From a virus: a DNA stretch of 64,000 nucleotides. Below the pieces are notes generated by a model that was not told the DNA's origin, did no database searches, and saw only the letters and a list, made by a program, of their open reading frames with translations. This document shows, one piece after another, positions 6,761 to 14,747 of the stretch (positions are counted from its first letter, which is position 1; each line of letters starts with the position of its first letter). The stretch spans positions 3,019-67,018 of IMG/VR virus record IMGVR_UViG_3300021425_003051; one strand, written 5' to 3'. A program made the translations under genes and the position numbers.

Positions 6761-7693
6761 ATGGGATTCAATGATCTCAAGAAGCAGTCTTCTCTTGGCA
6801 ACCTTACAGCCAAGCTTGTAAAAGAAGTTGAGAAGCAAAGCAACACTGGTGGAGGAGCAGACGATCGTCTGTGGAAGCCAGAGATGGATAAGACTGGCAA
6901 TGGATATGCAGTCATCCGATTCCTCCCCGCACCCGATGGAGAAGATCTCCCTTGGGTCAAACTGTTCTCCCATGCCTTCCAAGGTCCTGGTGGTTGGTAC
7001 ATCGAAAACTCCTTGACCACCATCGGTGGTAAGGACCCTGTCGGTGAACTGAACCGTGAACTGTGGAACAGTGGTCATGACGCAGACAAAGAGACTGTCC
7101 GTAAACAGAAGCGTAAGCTCTCCTTCTATGCGAACATCTATGTTGTTCAGGACAAAGCCAATCCTCAGAATGAAGGTAAGGTCTTCCTGTACAAGTTCGG
7201 TAAGAAGATCTTCGATAAGATCATGGAAGCAATGCAACCTGAGTTTGAAGACGAAACCCCCATCAATCCTTTCGATTTCTGGCAGGGTGCTAACTTTAAA
7301 CTGAAACTGAAGAAAGTTGCTGGTTACTGGAACTACGATAGTTCTGAATTTGATCGTCCTGGACCTCTATTGGATGACGACGATGCTCTGGAAGCTATCT
7401 GGAAGAAAGAGTATTCACTCGCAGCTCTAGTTGCACCTGATCAGTTCAAGTCCTATGATGAACTGAAGAAGCGTATGGACTATGTTCTGGGAACCAAGAA
7501 ACGTTCCTCTTCTGTTCAGGAAGAGACTGAGTATGATGATTATGCTCAGGTTGAATCCAAGAAAGTATCTGAAGAAGAAGTTCTGAAGAAACTTGAGGAC
7601 TCTTACCAGGCATCAAAGACTACGGAACCCTCTTCGTCCTCTGATGACGATGATGATCCGATGAGCTATTTTGCTAAACTAGCTGACAGCTGA
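6761..7693 (+). CDS. gp32: single-stranded DNA-binding protein gp32
   Basis: GNGYAVIRFLP, WYIENSLTT, YKFGKKIFDKI, acidic C-terminal tail. Confidence 0.95.
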   Translation: MGFNDLKKQSSLGNLTAKLVKEVEKQSNTGGGADDRLWKPEMDKTGNGYAVIRFLPAPDGEDLPWVKLFSHAFQGPGGWYIENSLTTIGGKDPVGELNRELWNSGHDADKETVRKQKRKLSFYANIYVVQDKANPQNEGKVFLYKFGKKIFDKIMEAMQPEFEDETPINPFDFWQGANFKLKLKKVAGYWNYDSSEFDRPGPLLDDDDALEAIWKKEYSLAALVAPDQFKSYDELKKRMDYVLGTKKRSSSVQEETEYDDYAQVESKKVSEEEVLKKLEDSYQASKTTEPSSSSDDDDDPMSYFAKLADS

Positions 7694-7720
7694 TTTCAAA
7701 ATCGACTTTTGATTTCATTT

Positions 7721-7750
7721 TACCTGGGAAAATTTTTCCCAGGTATTTTT
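7721..7750 (+). terminator. intrinsic terminator after gp32
   Basis: TACCTGGGAAAA/TTTTCCCAGGTA inverted repeat then T5, between convergent genes. Confidence 0.7.
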
Positions 7751-7764
7751 ACGCGTATTACTTT

Positions 7765-8430
7765 TTATGTGTACAGTCTGATGTTATCACCCTGTACCAA
7801 ACTATCATTTACATACTGTGTGGAACCTGGTTTCACTGGCATTAGTGTATCAATGCCCTGAATGACTAAGTTGAGATACTCTGGTCTGATTAGATAGATA
7901 TTTCTTATTTCATCCTGAATAATAGTTTCATATTCATAGTTTGTTACGGCTACTGTGGTATCTGTTGCTGTGATTTGTTCTCCAGAATCATAATAACTTA
8001 TTGAATAATTACTAGGGACTTCTAGACCAGCACGAACAATAATTCTACCGATACTATCTGTTATTTCTTTTGTTTCATAATGATGGACCGTATAGAATTT
8101 ATCTTCTGATCCATATTTTTCAAGCATGTATTTGTCAAATGCTTCATTTGACAGAGGCCATTCTGACTGAACATTTAAAATATTATTACTCAGAAGTACA
8201 ATCCAATCATAATCTTGTGTTCCATAGATCTTGTAAGCAACTTGATCTGGTCGTTCATCACCTATGATCTTATATTTCGTGAAGTAAGAAAGTTCATTGA
8301 ACAAATCTTCACTTATTTTTACTCTTTTGAAGAGATTTTTGACTCTGGTATAATCAGAGATATTTTTTTGTCCTTCCAGTCTGCTAACATAGTTAAAGTC
8401 TGGAACGTTTCTGAAGTAAGTTTTAGCCAT
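7765..8430 (-). CDS. gp53: baseplate wedge protein gp53
   Basis: ERPDQVAYKIYG...WIVLLSNNI...EWPLS, HHYET motif. Confidence 0.85.
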   Translation of the reverse strand: MAKTYFRNVPDFNYVSRLEGQKNISDYTRVKNLFKRVKISEDLFNELSYFTKYKIIGDERPDQVAYKIYGTQDYDWIVLLSNNILNVQSEWPLSNEAFDKYMLEKYGSEDKFYTVHHYETKEITDSIGRIIVRAGLEVPSNYSISYYDSGEQITATDTTVAVTNYEYETIIQDEIRNIYLIRPEYLNLVIQGIDTLMPVKPGSTQYVNDSLVQGDNIRLYT

Positions 8431-9977
8431 TAGTAACCCATGTTGTCTCGTTTGTACTCTGCCTCTTGATCACTCCTATAGATTGGTTCGATCTCTTGGA
8501 ATGTGAGGTTTAAATCATAACCAACCATAGATCCATTAGTTTCATAAGTCATGTATGAACCATCAGGTGTGTAATTCACATTGATTGATGTAAGGGCACA
8601 AGGTTTAATCATATTCAAGAAAGGATGTTGTGTATATGAAGGAAGAACACCATCCTGTGCCTGATACATGTATTCAATTAGGAATACATTTGGTGTATCA
8701 AGGAAGAGATTTGTTGCGGTTGTCTTTGGTGCCGAGTCTCTCTTCAGTGATTTGATGATGTTTCTGCAGAGAACTGATTCACTTTCAGTTCTTGGTCTTA
8801 ATTTAAAACTGAAGTTGAAAATCCTCAATTGAGGACCATTGAATAACAACTCCATGTTGTTATTGATGATCTTACCAGTGGCTCTCTGGACGAAGTTGGG
8901 AGCTGATGCTGCTTGTCCTGCGAAGTAAGCTGATATTTGTTGTTTTACAACAGGATCTTGAATAGCTTCTTGACCAGTTTTCAATACTTCCATAGCCGCA
9001 TTAGCCATAGCAGAAAGAGGATCTGCTCCTCTAGTTATATTATTGTATGCAATATTAGCAGCTATCATATTCAATTCACTCAGAGTATCTGAACTCCACT
9101 GAACAGATGATGTTTCTGAAAGACCACCAGTCATTGGGAGTTGAATTGTATTCTCTGGTGTTTGATTTAAAATTTGACTCGATCTAGTTGCTCTTCTATT
9201 TGTGTTTAAATAACTTCCTGATGAGGTTCCAGAAGCACCAATAGTATTGAGATTCAATCCAGGAACATACTTATATGATGTGATTTGAATATAATCATAT
9301 CCAAGATTTGGTATTCTGCCCTCTGGATATCTGAAGTATTGTGATCCTGTTGATTGATCTTTGGAGGCATCATTATTTGATACAACTGTTTTTAAACTGA
9401 AGTCAAATGAACTTAGTGTACCCATATCAATGGGTCGAATTTGATTATTAGTAGATTTAACTGCACTTTTTGATATTGATGAACTCTTTGTAGTTGAATT
9501 GTTTTGTGGTCCTGCTGTGATTGTTTGTGGGGGTGTTTGGACTACATTAGCCGCTGATTTATATCCATCAACATTCTTTAGTCTAATATAGTTATTACGT
9601 TCAGTTGTCGTATTTGAACTACTCTTTGCAATAGAAAGTATATCTATTTTTGTTTGTGTATTTAATTTTTTGAAGACATCATTTCTACCACCAGTCCCCT
9701 TAAACATATTATTAAAATACTTTTCATTAAGGACAAGTATTTTATCATTGACAGCATCGAAACTGAAGATGGGGATGTCTTCCCCAAGGGGAAACCCCTC
9801 AAGACCACCTAATTTTACATCAGTTGCAAAAACAGAGTAGTCACCTGTTGTTTTATTTCCATTAATATGAATATTTTGATATTTCTTATTGGCAGGATCA
9901 CCAAAACGATGCCTTTCCTTTTTCTGGAAGACATCCTTTTCCGATAATTCAGACCAGTTGGATAGATCCGTTGCCAT
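8430..9977 (-). CDS. gp48: baseplate tail-tube cap gp48-like (N-terminally extended)
   Basis: NNMELLFNGPQLR.FNFSFKLRP, CALTSINVNYTPDG. Confidence 0.8.
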   Translation of the reverse strand: MATDLSNWSELSEKDVFQKKERHRFGDPANKKYQNIHINGNKTTGDYSVFATDVKLGGLEGFPLGEDIPIFSFDAVNDKILVLNEKYFNNMFKGTGGRNDVFKKLNTQTKIDILSIAKSSSNTTTERNNYIRLKNVDGYKSAANVVQTPPQTITAGPQNNSTTKSSSISKSAVKSTNNQIRPIDMGTLSSFDFSLKTVVSNNDASKDQSTGSQYFRYPEGRIPNLGYDYIQITSYKYVPGLNLNTIGASGTSSGSYLNTNRRATRSSQILNQTPENTIQLPMTGGLSETSSVQWSSDTLSELNMIAANIAYNNITRGADPLSAMANAAMEVLKTGQEAIQDPVVKQQISAYFAGQAASAPNFVQRATGKIINNNMELLFNGPQLRIFNFSFKLRPRTESESVLCRNIIKSLKRDSAPKTTATNLFLDTPNVFLIEYMYQAQDGVLPSYTQHPFLNMIKPCALTSINVNYTPDGSYMTYETNGSMVGYDLNLTFQEIEPIYRSDQEAEYKRDNMGY

Positions 9978-9987
9978 TTATCTCTTT

Positions 9988-10371
9988 TTAAATATTTAGT
10001 TCAAACTTTTGATATTCTATAGACCTTAGGTCTTCCAATTCTCTTGGGTAAATCACATGAAGGTTACTCTGTACCTCTTCCCATGTGTAGTTTCTGAACT
10101 TACCCCAATGATAATTTATACCTCTGAAACCCCATCGATTGACTTCAGTACAAGCGATGAGTGGATATTCATCATAACGAATACGAGGAGTCTTGGGTCT
10201 GTAGATAAATGTATAGTATCTACCCACATCAGGAACAACTTCAACTTCAGACAACCTTTCAAGAACTTCTGTCATCTTGTCATCAGGATCAGTCAGACCT
10301 GCACAAACATCAATTAGATTTTCTGTTCTTAGGGTGTCGTTTTCTAGATACTGTTCCTGTTCCTCGTCCAT
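9988..10371 (-). CDS. gp2: DNA end protector gp2-like protein
   Basis: YTFIYRPKT..YDEYPLI...GINYHW; adjacent to gp4. Confidence 0.6.
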   Translation of the reverse strand: MDEEQEQYLENDTLRTENLIDVCAGLTDPDDKMTEVLERLSEVEVVPDVGRYYTFIYRPKTPRIRYDEYPLIACTEVNRWGFRGINYHWGKFRNYTWEEVQSNLHVIYPRELEDLRSIEYQKFELNI

Positions 10372-10816
10372 GCTGTTTGATACCTAACTCATCTTCTGTT
10401 ATAATTTTGAATTCAATACCATTGTCTTTGGCAAACTCGCTGACCGCCCTCCACTTTGCCATGTTGATTTCATAGGTGGCTGCCTCATACAGATATGATT
10501 TAGTTATTCTTCCCTTCTTTTCAGGAGGTTTGGTTTGTCGTTTGGGTTTCACCTCAATGATTTGTCTCTTGGTTTTACCATTGGCTTCCCTAAATTCAAC
10601 TAAGAAGTCAGGGAAATATCTATGGACTTTACCATCAGCTGGTGATACATAGGGGATACTGAATTCTTCAGATGCCCATTTCAATACATTCGGTTGTTTA
10701 TCACACCAGTTGCAGAACCTACGCTCCCATGATGAACGACAAATAATATTGTTCGGGTCACCCATGTATTTGTCTGGATTCGATGGTTTGAACTTTGACT
10801 TAATACTTTTCCCCAA
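10310..10816 (-). CDS. gp4: head completion nuclease gp4
   Basis: RSSWERRFC.WCD, WASEE..IPY, RYFPDF, IEVKP; TTG start. Confidence 0.9.
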   Translation of the reverse strand: MGKSIKSKFKPSNPDKYMGDPNNIICRSSWERRFCNWCDKQPNVLKWASEEFSIPYVSPADGKVHRYFPDFLVEFREANGKTKRQIIEVKPKRQTKPPEKKGRITKSYLYEAATYEINMAKWRAVSEFAKDNGIEFKIITEDELGIKQHGRGTGTVSRKRHPKNRKSN

Positions 10817-10847
10817 AACTCACATACATAGTAATAGTAGTCAAGTG

Positions 10848-10855
10848 TATTTATA
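10848..10855 (-). promoter_or_regulatory. T4-type late promoter TATAAATA
   Basis: Exact consensus on the minus strand upstream of gp4. Confidence 0.75.
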
Positions 10856-10856
10856 G

Positions 10857-11549
10857 ATGGCTGGGGCATCGCCAAATGCTTTTAAGACAGGAGCTCTGAA
10901 GAGTAAGATAATGAATCTTGCTCAGACTTCTGTCTATCAAGTAAAAATTCAACCACCACCAAGTGTTCTTAACTTTTTGAGAACTGAGAGGTCACTTGAT
11001 TATACTCAGAGAGGAGAGAACATAGAACTACTTTGTCATCAAACCACTCTTCCTGGTACTTCATTCTCTACTACGGAAGCCACCAATAACTATACTGGTG
11101 TCACTGAAAGAATGGTCTATCGTAGAATGTATGACTCTACGATTGATATGACTTTCTATGTTGATAAAGCATATGATGTCATCGAATTCTTTGAGGGTTG
11201 GGTTGATTACATGAGTGGTATGAATATCACCAACCCCAATGGTGGTGATGCAAGGGAGATGTATAGGAGTAGTGCAGCCACATATAGAATGAATTATCCC
11301 TCGACTTATAGAACTCCAATTCATGTCACAAAGTTTGAGAAGAATCTCACAGATGCTCAATTGACATATGAATTTGTAGATGCATTCCCACTTAATGTCA
11401 TCTCAATACCAGTCTCATATGAACAGAGTGATGTCTTAAAATTAAGTGTATCATTCGCATATACTAGATATGTTAGATTCAGATCTAAACAAGGATTACT
11501 CAACAATTATGGTGAGTTCTTTAATCCAAAAGGACCTAATGCATCATAA
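10857..11549 (+). CDS. tail tube / baseplate tube initiator (gp19/gp54-like)
   Basis: LLC..TTLPG, MTFYVD, FFEGW, AFPLNVISIPVSY. Confidence 0.7.
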   Translation: MAGASPNAFKTGALKSKIMNLAQTSVYQVKIQPPPSVLNFLRTERSLDYTQRGENIELLCHQTTLPGTSFSTTEATNNYTGVTERMVYRRMYDSTIDMTFYVDKAYDVIEFFEGWVDYMSGMNITNPNGGDAREMYRSSAATYRMNYPSTYRTPIHVTKFEKNLTDAQLTYEFVDAFPLNVISIPVSYEQSDVLKLSVSFAYTRYVRFRSKQGLLNNYGEFFNPKGPNAS

Positions 11550-11584
11550 TAAATAAATCACTGACTATCTCGTTATAGGATATT

Positions 11585-12301
11585 ATGCCTTTACCAAAAA
11601 TTGCTACACCAACATATGAGTTGGAATTGCCTTCGACAAAAAAGACAATCAAGTATAGACCCTTCCTAGTGAAGGAAGAAAAACTTCTGGTTCTTGCACT
11701 TGAAACCGAAGATCAGAAAGAGATTACAAATGCTGTTAAGTCTGTTATCAAGAATTGTATTCAGACTAGAGGTGTCAAAGTAGAAACACTTCCTACCTTT
11801 GACATTGAATATCTTTTCTTGAACATTCGTGGTAAGTCTGTTGGTGAAGAGGTTGAAGTCAATATCATTGCACCTGATGATGGTGTGACACAAATCCCTG
11901 TAACCATTGACATCGATGATATCAAGGTTACTGAGAATCCAGAACACAACAAACAGATCAAACTTAATGATGAGTTGATGATGGAGATGAGGTATCCATC
12001 ACTGGATCAGTTCATCAAGAATAACTTTGACATCAATGATTCAAACTTTGACCAGTCATTTGAATTGATTGCTAGTTGTGTTGATAAGATTTTCAATGAA
12101 GAAGAGGTTTGGTCTACTGATGATGTCAGTAAGAAAGAGGTGTTGGAATTTCTTGAACAGATGAACTCCATTCAGTTCAAAGAGATTGAGAAGTTCTTTG
12201 AGACGATGCCCAAGTTGTCTCATACATTGAAGGTTACCAATCCTAAAACTAAGGTTGAGAGTGAAGTTGTTCTTGAGGGGTTGTCTAGTTTTTTCGCGTA
12301 G
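11585..12301 (+). CDS. gp26: baseplate hub assembly chaperone gp26
   Basis: MPLPKIATPTYELELPS..IKYRPFLVKEEK, FLNIRGKSVGE, FFETMPKL. Confidence 0.9.
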   Translation: MPLPKIATPTYELELPSTKKTIKYRPFLVKEEKLLVLALETEDQKEITNAVKSVIKNCIQTRGVKVETLPTFDIEYLFLNIRGKSVGEEVEVNIIAPDDGVTQIPVTIDIDDIKVTENPEHNKQIKLNDELMMEMRYPSLDQFIKNNFDINDSNFDQSFELIASCVDKIFNEEEVWSTDDVSKKEVLEFLEQMNSIQFKEIEKFFETMPKLSHTLKVTNPKTKVESEVVLEGLSSFFA

Positions 12302-12303
12302 GT

Positions 12304-12477
12304 ATGGCTCACATGAGTCTTGAGTCATACTTTAGACTAAATTTTGCCTTAATGCAGTACCATAAATATTCATTGACTGAGATTGAAAACATGATGCCTT
12401 GGGAGCGTGATGTTTATGTATCACTTCTTCAGAACCACATTAAAGAGGAAGAGGAAAAGGCAAAAGCTAACCGATGA
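12304..12477 (+). CDS. gp51: baseplate hub assembly catalyst gp51 (57 aa)
   Basis: Hand-translated MAHMSLESYFRLNFALMQYHKYSLTEIENMMPWERDVYVSLL... Confidence 0.85.
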   Translation: MAHMSLESYFRLNFALMQYHKYSLTEIENMMPWERDVYVSLLQNHIKEEEEKAKANR

Positions 12478-14747
12478 TTAATCCAGAGTCCGATGATCAA
12501 AATATCCCAGAGGGGCTTGATGACTTGCTTAACTCCATTAGGGGGGAGTCTGAGCGACAGGACTCATCTGCATTGGCTGTTTATGTTCCAGATCAAAGAG
12601 AAGAAGATCTGGTCTCTGAACAAATTGATGAAAGAATCCTAGCCCTTCTGGGTTTAGAAGACGTTGTCGATATTGATTACTCAACCTACAAGACTCTTCT
12701 CAGAGAGAAGTTGATGGAAGGTAGGATGGATGGTAGTAAGATGCCATCCGATGAAGTTGAGATATTGACTGATGAATTCAAGAGAGTAAAGAAAAATACA
12801 GGTAGATTCAAAGTTAAGAAAGAGAAAATTAAATTTGAGTCTTTTGTTGATAATGTAAAGACATCACAAAGGTCAAGACCTCAATCATCTTTACTTGCTC
12901 TTCCAGGAACTGCAGAACCTGATGTTGAGGTTGGTCAAGATCCTGGAGTGGAGGGAATAGAGAAGTTCCTTGGTGGTATGTCAGAGAGATTAGAAAAGAT
13001 TGAGAAGAACCTTAGTGACATGTTAGACATAGAAGCTAAGGTTGCATCTGATGAGAAGAAAGAAGCAGAGGCAGAAAGAATTACTGGTGAGAAAACCAAG
13101 AAGAGAAAAAGAGAGAGTGCCTTAGAGAAAGGTATCAAGGGATTTGGTAAATCAATTGCCGATAAAGTAACCAAACCAGTCAAAGGATTCTTTGAAACAC
13201 TTCTGAACTTCTTTATACAGATCTTCTTAGGGTCTGCTGTATTGGGATTGATTAAACTTCTTGAAAATCCAATGATGATTTTCAATCCACTCATCAATTT
13301 GGTGAATGGTATCATTGGTATGATCAATAACATATTGAACTTTATGTTTGGCGGTCTTTTTGAACCTGTCAATAACCTGGTTGGTCTTTTGAATGGTGGT
13401 ATCACAAACCTTGAGAATACCATCAATGGCATCATGGGTCTATTTGGTGAGCAGGAAGAAGAAGATAAGACGAAATTGCCTAAGATTCCTGAGGTAAAGG
13501 TTCCACAAATACCAACGATACCTTTATTTGAACCGAAGGAAGAGAAACCAAAGGAAGAACCAATCAAGGGTATGGCTGGTGGTGGATTAGTTATTAATGA
13601 AGGACCAACCTTTAATGTGAAACAAGAGGTTGGTGGATACTCTGAGGGTGGTCAAGTTACCAACCTGAATATGGGAAGTATTGGTGGATGGAAAGGTGGT
13701 AACATGACCATCTCTCCTAAGGTGAGTGGGTTTAAAGGTGGTGGTGAGATTAAACCAACCTATAACTTCTTATCACCTATTACTAATCTTGGTTACACTG
13801 GTGGCGGTCCTATCACTAGTAGTTCTGGTCAAACCATCACAGGGATGGGACCTGACACTCAACTGATTGCGGCTCAACCAGGTGAGATTGTGATGAGTAA
13901 GAAGGCAGTTCAAGCCTATGGTGCAAACAACCTTCTGGCTATGAACAAGAATGCTGGTGGAACTAATATCCCAACCATGGGTGCTATTCAAGGTTTCTCA
14001 GGTGGTGGAGTTGTTCAACCAGTCCCATCAGGATCTTATAAAGGACAATCTGGTCAAAAATATGGTGATCCAAGAAGTTATGGTGGACATGCTGGTATTG
14101 ATATAACAGAGGATCCACCATATGGTAATGATCCTAAAGTTCCTGTTGTTTCTATGGCAGATGGTAAAGTCGTGGCAAGTAGTCCAAACTATCCATATCA
14201 GACTTCTGGATATACATCAAATTTAACTGTCAATCATGGTAATGGATTGATGGCAACATACCTTCATATGACACCATCTAAGAAAGTGGGAACTCCCGTG
14301 AAGAGAGGCGAGAGAATTGGAAAATTAATTCCTCTAGGTTCGGCATCTAATAATTATGCTCAAACACATTTACATCTTCAAACATATAAGGATGGAAAGG
14401 TAGTTAATCCTCTTAATGTTTTGAGTGGATCAATTAGACCTGGAAGTGGAACTGATGTGGCTGAGGTGGAACCTTCACCACAAGAAGGTGCTCCTGCATT
14501 TAAAACCAACAGAAGAGGAAGACGTATTGCTACGGTGAAACCATCATCAAAATCAACACCAACTATTTCACCACCACCTCAAAGGGGTGGACAAACATCT
14601 GTCCTACCTGTTCCTGGATCCAATCAACAACAACCACCAAGTAGTTCAGTATCAGCTGGACAAAAAGAAGTCCCATTTTTCTCGTCAAGAGACATGGGTA
14701 ACACTGAGTTTATTGTTATCAAATCCATCTATAACATCGTAGGATAA
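12474..14747 (+). CDS. tail-associated tape-measure-like protein with M23 peptidase domain
   Basis: Coiled-coil and hydrophobic segments; HAGID...YLHM...HLH M23 motifs. Confidence 0.7.
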   Translation: MINPESDDQNIPEGLDDLLNSIRGESERQDSSALAVYVPDQREEDLVSEQIDERILALLGLEDVVDIDYSTYKTLLREKLMEGRMDGSKMPSDEVEILTDEFKRVKKNTGRFKVKKEKIKFESFVDNVKTSQRSRPQSSLLALPGTAEPDVEVGQDPGVEGIEKFLGGMSERLEKIEKNLSDMLDIEAKVASDEKKEAEAERITGEKTKKRKRESALEKGIKGFGKSIADKVTKPVKGFFETLLNFFIQIFLGSAVLGLIKLLENPMMIFNPLINLVNGIIGMINNILNFMFGGLFEPVNNLVGLLNGGITNLENTINGIMGLFGEQEEEDKTKLPKIPEVKVPQIPTIPLFEPKEEKPKEEPIKGMAGGGLVINEGPTFNVKQEVGGYSEGGQVTNLNMGSIGGWKGGNMTISPKVSGFKGGGEIKPTYNFLSPITNLGYTGGGPITSSSGQTITGMGPDTQLIAAQPGEIVMSKKAVQAYGANNLLAMNKNAGGTNIPTMGAIQGFSGGGVVQPVPSGSYKGQSGQKYGDPRSYGGHAGIDITEDPPYGNDPKVPVVSMADGKVVASSPNYPYQTSGYTSNLTVNHGNGLMATYLHMTPSKKVGTPVKRGERIGKLIPLGSASNNYAQTHLHLQTYKDGKVVNPLNVLSGSIRPGSGTDVAEVEPSPQEGAPAFKTNRRGRRIATVKPSSKSTPTISPPPQRGGQTSVLPVPGSNQQQPPSSSVSAGQKEVPFFSSRDMGNTEFIVIKSIYNIVG

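Noticed and set aside
3123-7693. Introns, inteins or homing endonucleases in thyX, phoH or gp32
   Set aside because: Genes are of normal length and uninterrupted; no HNH, GIY-YIG or LAGLIDADG motif seen
12935-13567. 210-aa antisense ORF (and similar ones at 36475-37116, 42004-42522, 6743-7237)
   Set aside because: Shadow frames of well-supported plus-strand genes, with no motifs or expression signals
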